Assembly: GCA_031431695.1 (NCBI GenBank)
Contig: JANPDX010000408.1
Coordinates: 1 to 43,071 of the forward strand
DNA from: Dehalococcoidia bacterium
GTDB lineage: Bacteria; Chloroflexota; Dehalococcoidia; Tepidiformales; Tepidiformaceae
DNA: 43,071 nucleotides
Reading direction: 5' to 3'
Part shown: in pieces, positions 8,324-14,958 of the stretch
Layout: each line of letters starts with the position of its first letter
Numbering within the stretch: the stretch's first letter is position 1
Position numbers and translations under genes: made by a program
Notes under the pieces: model-generated
Told to the model about the DNA's origin: nothing
Seen by the model: only the letters and a program-made list of their open reading frames with translations
Databases searched by the model: none

Positions 8324-8439
8324 GTTGAGAAAACCAGCCGAGGGGAGGTTGCTTAGGGGCTGGCCTCTTGAGCGGCCGCCAGCCTTTCAATGGCCTTCCC
8401 CCCAGCTGTCGGGTCAGGACGTCCTGCGCACGTCCACCC

Positions 8440-8931
8440 TTAGAAGTCGGGAGGGGGATCGTATTGCGGGTCTGCCGGCTGCGCCGGGGCGCGCGCTGCC
8501 TGTCTCGGCGGGGGCCGCTGGCCGGGCTGGGTGTTCGTTGGGGCCTGTCTCTGGGCCGGCGGCGCCTCCCCCCCGTCCATCGGCGGTCCCTGGTCATCCG
8601 GCGGCGGGCCTGAGTCGGCGCGTTTGGGGGACAGCAGCTCCACGCCATTCGCCATGCCCTGGAGGCCCTGGCGAGACTGGCCGTCCTGGCCTACCCAGTG
8701 ATTCATCTGGAGGCGGCCGTGGACGAGGATCTTCATTCCCTTGTAGAGGAACGGGTGGAGGCCTTCGGCCTGCTTGCCGAAGAGGCTCCATTGCATGAAG
8801 ATCGGCGGCGCGTCTTTTCCCTGGCGCCTGTCGTTGGAGGCTACGGAGAAGTTGAGGACGACCGTGCCCGCTGTGGTGGTGTTGAGTCTTGGTTCTTGCG
8901 AGATGTTTCCGAGCTGCGTGCAGTTCATCAT
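8440..8931 (-). CDS. ssb: single-stranded DNA-binding protein
   Basis: OB-fold N-terminus (LGNISQEPRLNTTTAGTVVLNFSVA...LFGKQAE...KGMKILVHGRLQ), a Pro/Gln/Gly-rich linker, and the C-terminal tip DPPPDF. Confidence 0.9.
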   Translation of the reverse strand: MMNCTQLGNISQEPRLNTTTAGTVVLNFSVASNDRRQGKDAPPIFMQWSLFGKQAEGLHPFLYKGMKILVHGRLQMNHWVGQDGQSRQGLQGMANGVELLSPKRADSGPPPDDQGPPMDGGEAPPAQRQAPTNTQPGQRPPPRQAARAPAQPADPQYDPPPDF

Positions 8932-9446
8932 GCGGTGCTTTTCCTTGTGTAGTAGCTGAGGTATCCAAGTTCTTGAAATGAAGTGTGGCCGAAGCGCGAG
9001 ACGATGATGAAGTCAAGGAGCTTCATGCCAAGGGTGCGAAGTGCTGTGTCGATTTCGTTTGAGCAACCTTTGTCTGGTTCGCTGGGGGTGGGATCTCCTG
9101 AAGGGTGGTTGTGTACGATGATGCAGCTGGCAGCGTGGTCCTGGAGGGCGTATTCGACGATCGGGCGGGGGAGCATTGGGCAGCGATCGACTGTGCCCGT
9201 CCAGAGAATTCTGGTGCGGATGACGTGATTCTGGGATCCGACGGTGATCAGCATCACGTTCTCATCGATGAGTGGGCCCAGGGCGATGCGGGCGTAGTCC
9301 ACGACGGCCTGTGGCTTGCTCATTACGTTGACCTTGGTGAGCTTCTGGGCGAGGTATTCTTTCGCGGCCTCGTGGACGAGCTGGCGGAGGGTCTGCTTTG
9401 TGGGCTGGCGGTGGCAGGCTCGCCATAGTGCGATCAGTGCGCTCAT
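8928..9446 (-). CDS. radC: RadC-like JAB/MPN domain protein
   Basis: HNHPSGDPTPSEPD JAMM motif within a 172-aa ORF. Confidence 0.85.
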   Translation of the reverse strand: MSALIALWRACHRQPTKQTLRQLVHEAAKEYLAQKLTKVNVMSKPQAVVDYARIALGPLIDENVMLITVGSQNHVIRTRILWTGTVDRCPMLPRPIVEYALQDHAASCIIVHNHPSGDPTPSEPDKGCSNEIDTALRTLGMKLLDFIIVSRFGHTSFQELGYLSYYTRKSTA

Positions 9447-9658
9447 ATGGATTTTATCAGGGTTGTGACGAGGGAGATCGAGTCCGGGTGCTTGAGCACG
9501 AGGTAGTCTTTGCAGCTGATTCCGTCGGGCACGTTGAGCTTGGTATCGAATTTGATGACGTCAAAACCCGTGAACGGGCACCAGAATTCGACCAGGCTCC
9601 AGCCGAAGTGGGCGCGGAATGCTTCGGCTTGTTGGCGTGTGAATGCTTGGCGTTTCAT
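9443..9658 (-). CDS. hypothetical protein (71 aa)
   Basis: Track ORF. Its stop overlaps the radC ATG (ATGA). Confidence 0.6.
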   Translation of the reverse strand: MKRQAFTRQQAEAFRAHFGWSLVEFWCPFTGFDVIKFDTKLNVPDGISCKDYLVLKHPDSISLVTTLIKSI

Positions 9659-9873
9659 GAGCGCGGTTTCCCCCCATGCGCCATGGCGCTGTCGATGAAG
9701 TTCTCGCCGTGGCGCTCGATGATGTAGCGCAGGATTGTCTTTCTCGAGGTTGAGGGCAGCGCGTGCCAGGTATCCATGTTCATGTGCTTGCGCACTTGGC
9801 GGATTGCCTGAAGGTTGCTGATGGTCGGGTCGAGGTGCCCCACCATTTTTACAATCATTTCGTCGGTGGTCAT
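9655..9873 (-). CDS. hypothetical protein (72 aa)
   Basis: ATG at 9873 overlaps the upstream stop (ATGA). It reads MTTDEMIVKMVGHLDPTISNLQAIRQVRKH... Confidence 0.6.
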   Translation of the reverse strand: MTTDEMIVKMVGHLDPTISNLQAIRQVRKHMNMDTWHALPSTSRKTILRYIIERHGENFIDSAMAHGGKPRS

Positions 9874-10109
9874 GGCCAGCTCCAGGACTGGATTGTGTCC
9901 ACGATCTCTTCCGTGTCGAGGCCGTGGTTGAGGATGATGTTCACGGGAGTGCTCCATTGCCGCGCTGCTGTGCCGGCGTCGAAGCGTGCGGCCTCGAGGG
10001 TGAAGTATTTCTGGGCGTCGGGGTATTCGGGGAGGAAGCGTCGGCTGATCGAGCTGTAGTAGCGACCCTTGGAATCGATCAGCACGTAGAGGGTTTTGGG
10101 GCGGGTCAT
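9870..10109 (-). CDS. hypothetical protein (79 aa)
   Basis: ATG at 10109 overlaps the upstream stop (ATGA). It reads MTRPKTLYVLIDSKGRYYSSISRRFLPEYPDAQKYF... Confidence 0.6.
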   Translation of the reverse strand: MTRPKTLYVLIDSKGRYYSSISRRFLPEYPDAQKYFTLEAARFDAGTAARQWSTPVNIILNHGLDTEEIVDTIQSWSWP

Positions 10110-10894
10110 TTTGTGAATTCGTAACGGGGTTCGACGAGATCGGGCTGCGGTGTGCATTTCGGGTGGCGGTATTCGGCGTGTTCGTCCGCGATGAGCGACT
10201 GCATCAGGATGGGGAGGAAGTCGAGCAGTTGTTGCGTCTGGTCGATGCCGCGGGCCAGCGCTGTTTCGAGGAAGCCCTTCATCGCAGCGGCGAGCTCGTT
10301 CCTGTCGTGGAAGTAGTTGCCCCACTGCGCACTCGGGGGCTTGTGGTAGAGCTGGGCCTGTCGGATCCCGGCGCGCTTGAGCAGTTCGTCGCCCGCGCAG
10401 TCGAGGCAGTACCAGGCTTCTGTTTCTGCGGCGATGTCCTCTTCGTGGATTGCGTCGTGCTGGGATTTCACGTACTTGCCGCAGATCTCGCAGGAGGCGA
10501 TGCGCTGGTCGTTGCGCTTCCTGTATTTTGTCGGGGGGCCTTCCCCCGCGAGCTCGCGGCCGCGCACGCCTGACGCATCGCGTCGGGCCATGATGGGCTG
10601 GATCACGAGCCCGTCGGGGGTTGCCACCAGCTGATCCTGGTGCGGGCCCAGCTGGTCTTCGGGCTCCATCCCGAAGGTGTTGTCGCCCATGTTGTCTTCG
10701 AGCTTCGCCCAGCCCGCGCGCTCACGCTTGTCCACCTGCATGCGCAGCGGGTTGCTCTGGGCCACGTAGGCCGCGTGCTGCTCCTGGACTTCTTGGAGCA
10801 CGGCGCCCCGGTGCGTCCGTTGCCAGATCTTCGCTTCGGGCCAATCGAGGAATTTCACTACCTGTCCGTGGAGCCGCCCTTCGATGTTGCGCAT
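10106..10894 (-). CDS. hypothetical protein with internal CxxC...CxxC motif (262 aa)
   Basis: ATG at 10894 lies 6 nt after AAGGAAG, immediately downstream of the stem-loop at 10917..10949. Zinc motif: CEICGKYV..(24)..CLDC. Confidence 0.65.
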   Translation of the reverse strand: MRNIEGRLHGQVVKFLDWPEAKIWQRTHRGAVLQEVQEQHAAYVAQSNPLRMQVDKRERAGWAKLEDNMGDNTFGMEPEDQLGPHQDQLVATPDGLVIQPIMARRDASGVRGRELAGEGPPTKYRKRNDQRIASCEICGKYVKSQHDAIHEEDIAAETEAWYCLDCAGDELLKRAGIRQAQLYHKPPSAQWGNYFHDRNELAAAMKGFLETALARGIDQTQQLLDFLPILMQSLIADEHAEYRHPKCTPQPDLVEPRYEFTK

Positions 10895-10916
10895 CTGCGC
10901 TTCCTTAAAAGGAGAA

Positions 10917-10949
10917 GTGTCCCACCCTTCACAAAGTGAGGGTGGGCAC
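10917..10949 (-). terminator. intrinsic-terminator-like stem-loop (member of the CCCACC/GGTGGG hairpin family)
   Basis: The minus strand reads GTGCCCACCCTCAC-TTTG-TGAAGGGTGGGAC followed by TTCTCCTTTT. It lies between the macrodomain stop and the next start. Confidence 0.55.
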
Positions 10950-10955
10950 TTCCCA

Positions 10956-11435
10956 TCAGGCAAATTTGCGAGGACTTGCGGATTTGCGATGAACGAGGGT
11001 GTGGATGCTCCCCTCAAGTTCTTTGCGGACTGCTGGCAGCACGATGGCAGGGTCGAGCCTGCCGGCGCCGCAGCCGGGCACGGGCAGGTACGTGGGCACG
11101 CTGATGAGGCGTTTGAGCTCCTGGCATGATCGGACGATGAGGTTGAAGTCCGACATTCCTTCCCAGGACATGTGGGGCTCCCGCTCGTTCAATCCCTTGG
11201 TGGGGAACATGACGAGGTTCAGCCCGTCGATGAGGGTGACTGGCGTCATCTTGTGGCTCTTGCGGCAGTACTCTCCCCAGATGGCGGGAAGGTGGGGGAA
11301 GCGGAGCGCGGCCTCGCGTGCCACCCCCAGCCCCATCACGGCGAGGCCGTTCCTCTTCCAGCCCTGGTTGACGGGGATTGCGATCACACAGCCGCTGTCG
11401 TGCAGCTCCCAGATGTCGCCGACAAGTTCGTTCAT
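10956..11435 (-). CDS. macrodomain protein, TARG1/DarG-like (159 aa)
   Basis: GDIWELHDSGCVIAIPVN, AVMGLGVAREAALRFP and LPVPGCGAGRLDPAIVLPAV match the GDl...MG.GiA...fP and P.iGCG...L pattern of TARG1/DarG-type ADP-ribose hydrolases. ATG at 11435 overlaps the upstream stop (ATGA). Confidence 0.7.
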   Translation of the reverse strand: MNELVGDIWELHDSGCVIAIPVNQGWKRNGLAVMGLGVAREAALRFPHLPAIWGEYCRKSHKMTPVTLIDGLNLVMFPTKGLNEREPHMSWEGMSDFNLIVRSCQELKRLISVPTYLPVPGCGAGRLDPAIVLPAVRKELEGSIHTLVHRKSASPRKFA

Positions 11436-11641
11436 CCGCCGCCTCCTTGCGGGCTCTCGATGTCGTCGATCTCTTGGTCGGCGAGCGGGTGGATGGGGTA
11501 GACGGCCTTGAGGGTGCACTGTGGGCACAAGCCGGCGACGATATCGCGTGGGTAGAAGTCGGGGCCCAGCGTGCAGCCTGTGGCCTGTTCGATTGAGATG
11601 AGGCTGAAGACGCGATCGCAGTCGGCGCAGCGGTAGATCAT
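11432..11641 (-). CDS. zinc-ribbon protein (69 aa)
   Basis: CADC..(32)..CPQC with an acidic C-terminus. Confidence 0.6.
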   Translation of the reverse strand: MIYRCADCDRVFSLISIEQATGCTLGPDFYPRDIVAGLCPQCTLKAVYPIHPLADQEIDDIESPQGGGG

Positions 11642-11844
11642 TGTTCACCTGTCGGGGCTCGGCCTTCGAAGTCGGGGTGGGGGCTGGGGATGGTTTCCAC
11701 GTTGGCGTCGGTGATTTCGTGAAGGATCTGTTCGGCCCTGCATGTCCAGCACGGGCTCATTGTGCGTGAGCAGTCGCAGGAGCTGTCCATGATGTCGCGC
11801 ATGAAGTTCACGATCAGTTCTTCGAGGTGGGGTTCCATGCTCAT
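11638..11844 (-). CDS. small Cys-containing hypothetical protein (68 aa)
   Basis: ATG at 11844 overlaps the upstream stop (ATGA). Contains CDCSRTMSPCWTC. Confidence 0.55.
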   Translation of the reverse strand: MSMEPHLEELIVNFMRDIMDSSCDCSRTMSPCWTCRAEQILHEITDANVETIPSPHPDFEGRAPTGEQ

Positions 11845-12143
11845 CTCCCCGTCAGCTGAAGCCACCACTCATCGATGGCTTCGAGTAGGATTTCGGTGTT
11901 CCCCCCCAGCACGATTCGGTCCCCGCACGGCCTGATGAGGGGGTCGAGCTGGTCGTCCTGGTGCTTCGCTTCGCGCGAGCTGGCGATGTGTCTCGCCTGC
12001 TTTGCCAGCCAGCGGACGCTGATGTGGAAGCAGTGCACGTTGTCGCGATCGTTTTCTGGTCGCACCTCCAGCACTGGATCCGAGAAGTCGCTTGTGGGAT
12101 CCAGCGCTGCGCAGGTGATTGGGAGGATGGTGAGGGTGGGCAT
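11841..12143 (-). CDS. hypothetical protein (100 aa)
   Basis: Track ORF. The ATG directly abuts the upstream TAG. Confidence 0.6.
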   Translation of the reverse strand: MPTLTILPITCAALDPTSDFSDPVLEVRPENDRDNVHCFHISVRWLAKQARHIASSREAKHQDDQLDPLIRPCGDRIVLGGNTEILLEAIDEWWLQLTGR

Positions 12144-12368
12144 CTACAGGCTCCTGAAGAGGCGCTGCGCCAGTGCAGCGTCGATCGGGCGAGCGTACCG
12201 AAAATCGGCGTAGGGCGGGACACTCACTTGTGTCATGGCCTCGCGCGCGGCCTGTTCGCTTACGAAGGGCTGAAGGGCGTGGAATGTGCCGCGGTTCCGG
12301 GCGATTTGCCCCCCGGCGCCGGCAAAGAACGTGTGGTTCTGGCAGCAGATCATGAGGAACCAGAGCAT
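12144..12368 (-). CDS. hypothetical protein (74 aa)
   Basis: ATG at 12368 lies 6 nt after AAGGAGG. It reads MLWFLMICCQNHTFFAGAGGQIARNRGTFHAL... Confidence 0.6.
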   Translation of the reverse strand: MLWFLMICCQNHTFFAGAGGQIARNRGTFHALQPFVSEQAAREAMTQVSVPPYADFRYARPIDAALAQRLFRSL

Positions 12369-12379
12369 GGATGGCCTCC

Positions 12380-12619
12380 TTAGTGAATGTCGGTGATGAT
12401 GTCGAGGAGCATGGAGTGTAAACGGAGGGCTTGGTGGAGGAAGTGCGCTTCCTGTCGGTGAGCCAGCGCCACGTCGCCCTGCGCGGCGAGCGAGCCCCAC
12501 CATGCGGCCAGCTCGGCTCTGAGGCGCAACGCTGTTGAGACGCGACCGAGCTTGCGGGACTTCTCGTGGTACGGAATGGGGGAGGGCTTCGAAGCGCCCT
12601 CCCCCGCGGTGACAGGCAT
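12380..12619 (-). CDS. hypothetical protein (79 aa)
   Basis: Track ORF, 2 nt downstream of the stop of the preceding gene. Confidence 0.6.
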   Translation of the reverse strand: MPVTAGEGASKPSPIPYHEKSRKLGRVSTALRLRAELAAWWGSLAAQGDVALAHRQEAHFLHQALRLHSMLLDIITDIH

Positions 12620-12621
12620 GG

Positions 12622-13194
12622 CTACGCGACCTGCTTCTTCGCACGCGCAGGCTTCGGCGTGGTCGGAGGCTGGGGCGCATCGAAGGCCTCGATCGGCGCG
12701 ATCCCGGACAGCTCGGGCATTGACGCCAGCGCGGCCGGCAGCTGCACGGGCATGCTCACGCGGGCCTGACGCACGCTCTGGCGGGTGCCCTGGAGCGGAA
12801 CGTCAACGAGCGTGACCTGGAGGCCGCGCTTGCGGCTTTCGTCGATCGCGTACTTCGTGGCGGCGGACTTCCCGTCCCACATGGCGACGACGTAGGCCGG
12901 GCAGGCGTCCAGCATCCGGTTGACGCGATCCTGCGCAGCGTCGAAGCCCGGGCCGTTCTTCGTCCAGAAGCCGCTGAAGCGTCCAACCGTCGCGGCGAGG
13001 CCGGTCTTCCTCAGCCCCTCGATCGCGCTCGAGATGAAGCCGTCCGGGCCGCGGTCGTTGTTGCCGCACAGCACCCTCAGTTCAGCATGGTGCTTGGCGG
13101 CATGCTGGGCGATTCCGGTCAGGACCTTTTCGATCTGGGGACGGCTGTTCACGAGCGAAGAGCTGACGAACATGGCAACGCGCAGGGTCTGCAT
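12622..13194 (-). CDS. SLOG/DUF2493-like protein (190 aa)
   Basis: The layout LRV..(Rossmann-like)..GNNDRGPDGFISSA...FW.KNGPGFDAAQDRVNRML...VVAMWDGKSAATKYAI...GLQVTLV resembles the YspA/DUF2493 SLOG pattern as remembered. AAGGAG lies 8 nt before the ATG. Confidence 0.4.
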   Translation of the reverse strand: MQTLRVAMFVSSSLVNSRPQIEKVLTGIAQHAAKHHAELRVLCGNNDRGPDGFISSAIEGLRKTGLAATVGRFSGFWTKNGPGFDAAQDRVNRMLDACPAYVVAMWDGKSAATKYAIDESRKRGLQVTLVDVPLQGTRQSVRQARVSMPVQLPAALASMPELSGIAPIEAFDAPQPPTTPKPARAKKQVA

Positions 13195-13238
13195 GGCTCA
13201 ATCTCCTTAGCAAGTTCACATCGTTTTAGGAGGGGAAC

Positions 13239-13268
13239 GCCCCCCCCTTCACATTGAAGGGGGTGGGC
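13239..13268 (-). repeat. GC-rich stem-loop (CCCACC/GGTGGG hairpin family)
   Basis: The minus strand reads CCCACCCCCTTCA-ATG-TGAAGGGGGGGG. It is intergenic and has no U-tract. Confidence 0.5.
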
Positions 13269-13296
13269 TTCCCACTGCCTTGGTAGTTGCTCAGCA

Positions 13297-13485
13297 TTAC
13301 CGGCTCCAGATCAAGTCCCTCAAGAGGAAGATGTGCGCTGTGTCGGGGTCACACCTGGTGCACGCGGTTTGCTCGCAGCTCGAGTTGTCGCACGGATCAG
13401 CCGGCGCGCACACGCATGCCGGATCTCCGCAGCAGCCGTTCATCGCAGGCGCACCAGCGATGCAGACGTCGTAGGCGATCTTCAC
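13297..13485 (-). CDS. Cys-rich small protein (62 aa, 9 Cys)
   Basis: GTG lies 6 nt after AAGGAGG. Product: MKIAYDVCIAGAPAMNGCCGDPACVCAPADPCDNSSCEQTACTRCDPDTAHIFLLRDLIWSR. Third positions are GC-rich. Confidence 0.6.
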   Translation of the reverse strand: MKIAYDVCIAGAPAMNGCCGDPACVCAPADPCDNSSCEQTACTRCDPDTAHIFLLRDLIWSR

Positions 13486-13749
13486 CTAGCACCTCCTTTC
13501 GAGGGTGGCCAGGAGCTCGTCGATCTTCCGGTTTTCGCGAGCAATCCAGCTTTCAGCCAGCGCCTCGCGACGCTTCGACAACCGGGCGTCCTGGTGCTGC
13601 GCGCGCTTCCAGCAGGCAACCCCCACCTCCTCGACGCCCACAACCTGCTCGATCATCCAGAGGTCGTGCTGCACAGTGTTGTGCTGAACCACAACCCGAT
13701 CGATCACGGCCTGAAGCTGCACGTCGGTCAGGCGATTCACGTTGAACAT
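13486..13749 (-). CDS. hypothetical protein (87 aa)
   Basis: Track ORF with coding-like codon usage. Confidence 0.65.
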   Translation of the reverse strand: MFNVNRLTDVQLQAVIDRVVVQHNTVQHDLWMIEQVVGVEEVGVACWKRAQHQDARLSKRREALAESWIARENRKIDELLATLERRC

Positions 13750-13789
13750 GGAGCACCTCTTTCGTTGTTGTGCCTTGCAGGAAAGTCCT

Positions 13790-13816
13790 CCCGCCCCCCC
13801 ACAAAGTGGGGGCGGG
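13790..13816 (-). repeat. GC-rich stem-loop (CCCACC/GGTGGG hairpin family)
   Basis: The minus strand reads CCCGCCCCCAC-TTTG-TGGGGGGGCGGG. It is intergenic. Confidence 0.5.
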
Positions 13817-13827
13817 TGGACGATGAT

Positions 13828-13992
13828 TTACTTCACGGACAGCGCAGCGAGCCTTGCTCGACAGGCAACCACCAGCTTCTCGAAGACCATCCACTCAGCC
13901 GATCCTTCACGGTGCTCAGCCTGCCAGTGCCGGAGGCGGGCTATCTCAGCCTCCTCCTCCTGCACCGCGGCCTCTCGCTCGAAGTGGTGCAT
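13828..13992 (-). CDS. hypothetical protein (54 aa)
   Basis: Hand translated: MHHFEREAAVQEEEAEIARLRHWQAEHREGSAEWMVFEKLVVACRARLAALSVK. The ATG abuts the upstream TAG. Below the ORF-track cutoff. Confidence 0.5.
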   Translation of the reverse strand: MHHFEREAAVQEEEAEIARLRHWQAEHREGSAEWMVFEKLVVACRARLAALSVK

Positions 13993-14220
13993 CTAGGCCA
14001 CCACCAGCAGGCCAGCCTTCCGCGCGGTGACACCGATCTCGGCCTTCACCGGCGCCGGAACGTCGGGATGCGAAAGGAAGCTCAAGCTCCACACGATCCG
14101 GCTGTCAACGTCCAGCGCCAGGAACGCGTCAAGCCAGCCCTTCGTTGCCAGCCAAGCAGCGTACACAGTGATCGAGGTCTTCACCGGGCGCACAACCTTC
14201 ACCAGCTTTTCGTTCTTCAT
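13993..14220 (-). CDS. hypothetical protein (75 aa), first gene of the leftward arm
   Basis: Track ORF. GAGAGGA precedes the ATG. Confidence 0.6.
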   Translation of the reverse strand: MKNEKLVKVVRPVKTSITVYAAWLATKGWLDAFLALDVDSRIVWSLSFLSHPDVPAPVKAEIGVTARKAGLLVVA

Positions 14221-14259
14221 CGCTCATCCTCTCAAGGGGTTTTTCCATCCGTTTCAGCT

Positions 14260-14294
14260 GTGTGTCCCACCTTCATTAAAAAGGTGGGACACAC
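14260..14294 (-). repeat. perfect 14-bp stem-loop just upstream of the first leftward gene
   Basis: GTGTGTCCCACCTT-7 nt-AAGGTGGGACACAC. It has the same CCCACC/GGTGGG core as the three other hairpins. Confidence 0.6.
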
Positions 14295-14865
14295 GGCTAG
14301 CTCTCGATTAAAATCGGATGATGCTGCCCCAGAACCTCAAGATTTTTTCCCTCTGAAAGAGAAGATACACACTTGCGGAAACCTGAAAAGATTGCTACTA
14401 ACGGCGTCGAGCAATGACATCTCAATCTGTGTAACGCTCATGTTCACGCTGCGCATGCCCCCTCCGGGTCCGTTCCTCAACAGAGATCTGGAGGAAATGG
14501 GCTGGCTGAAAGAGAAAGAGATAACACGACTCACCCCCCCCGAGGCTATGTGTGTGTACTCTGATGACCTTCGTGTGTTCCCTCTCATCTACCCTCTCTT
14601 GGTATCCCATGGCTGCGAGTCTCGAAGGGACTGTGGATTGGGACATGAAGCCTGATCTGGAGATCGACCAGCATCAGGTCCATCAGTTCTTGTGAAGCCA
14701 AGGGGGGGTTACAACATCCTCCTCTTCTACACCTGGCGCTGAAGTAGTCAACCGAGTACTCGATGGCCACGATGTCGCTCAGGGATCTAGTAGAGTTCCA
14801 CTACCAGCATGGTGATTATGATCATCGCTTGCTCCTCCCTGCGCTGCGCTGCGGGACGAGCATCG

Positions 14866-14910
14866 CTTATTAATAAGGTTATTGACACGGTGGCAATAAG
14901 AGTTTAAAAG
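14866..14910 (+). promoter_or_regulatory. candidate rightward sigma70-type promoter overlapped by palindromic operator-like sites
   Basis: TTGACA (14882-14887), a 17-nt spacer, then TAAAAG (14905-14910). The perfect palindrome CTTATTAATAAG (14866-14877) sits next to TTATTG-N9-CAATAA (14879-14899), which overlaps the -35. Confidence 0.45.
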
Positions 14911-14958
14911 ATCGTTCTGGTTGATTGAGTATCAAGGTGGAATTCAAGGTGAGGAGGG

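Noticed and set aside
8327-8363. Possible terminator between ssb and dnaB (CCAGCC-18 nt-GGCTGG followed by TTTTCTC on the minus strand)
   Set aside because: A 6-bp stem with an 18-nt loop is too weak to call.
13333-14655. A 440-aa plus-strand ORF spanning the left end of the control region
   Set aside because: It runs antisense through five minus-strand genes and three intergenic hairpins and on into the low-GC non-coding region. Its composition is shadow-like, with no SD.
14337-14770. Minus-strand ORFs of 61-83 aa in the control region (14337..14588, 14422..14646, 14585..14770) and a 43-codon plus-strand ORF (14564..14695)
   Set aside because: They have no SD, mixed codon bias and implausible sequences, and they overlap one another. 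The region is treated as non-coding.
14300-14900. Search for a tRNA or other known RNA gene in the large non-coding region
   Set aside because: I could find no T-loop (GTTCRANYC) or acceptor/anticodon arm arrangement by eye. An unknown ncRNA cannot be excluded, but nothing specific is supportable.
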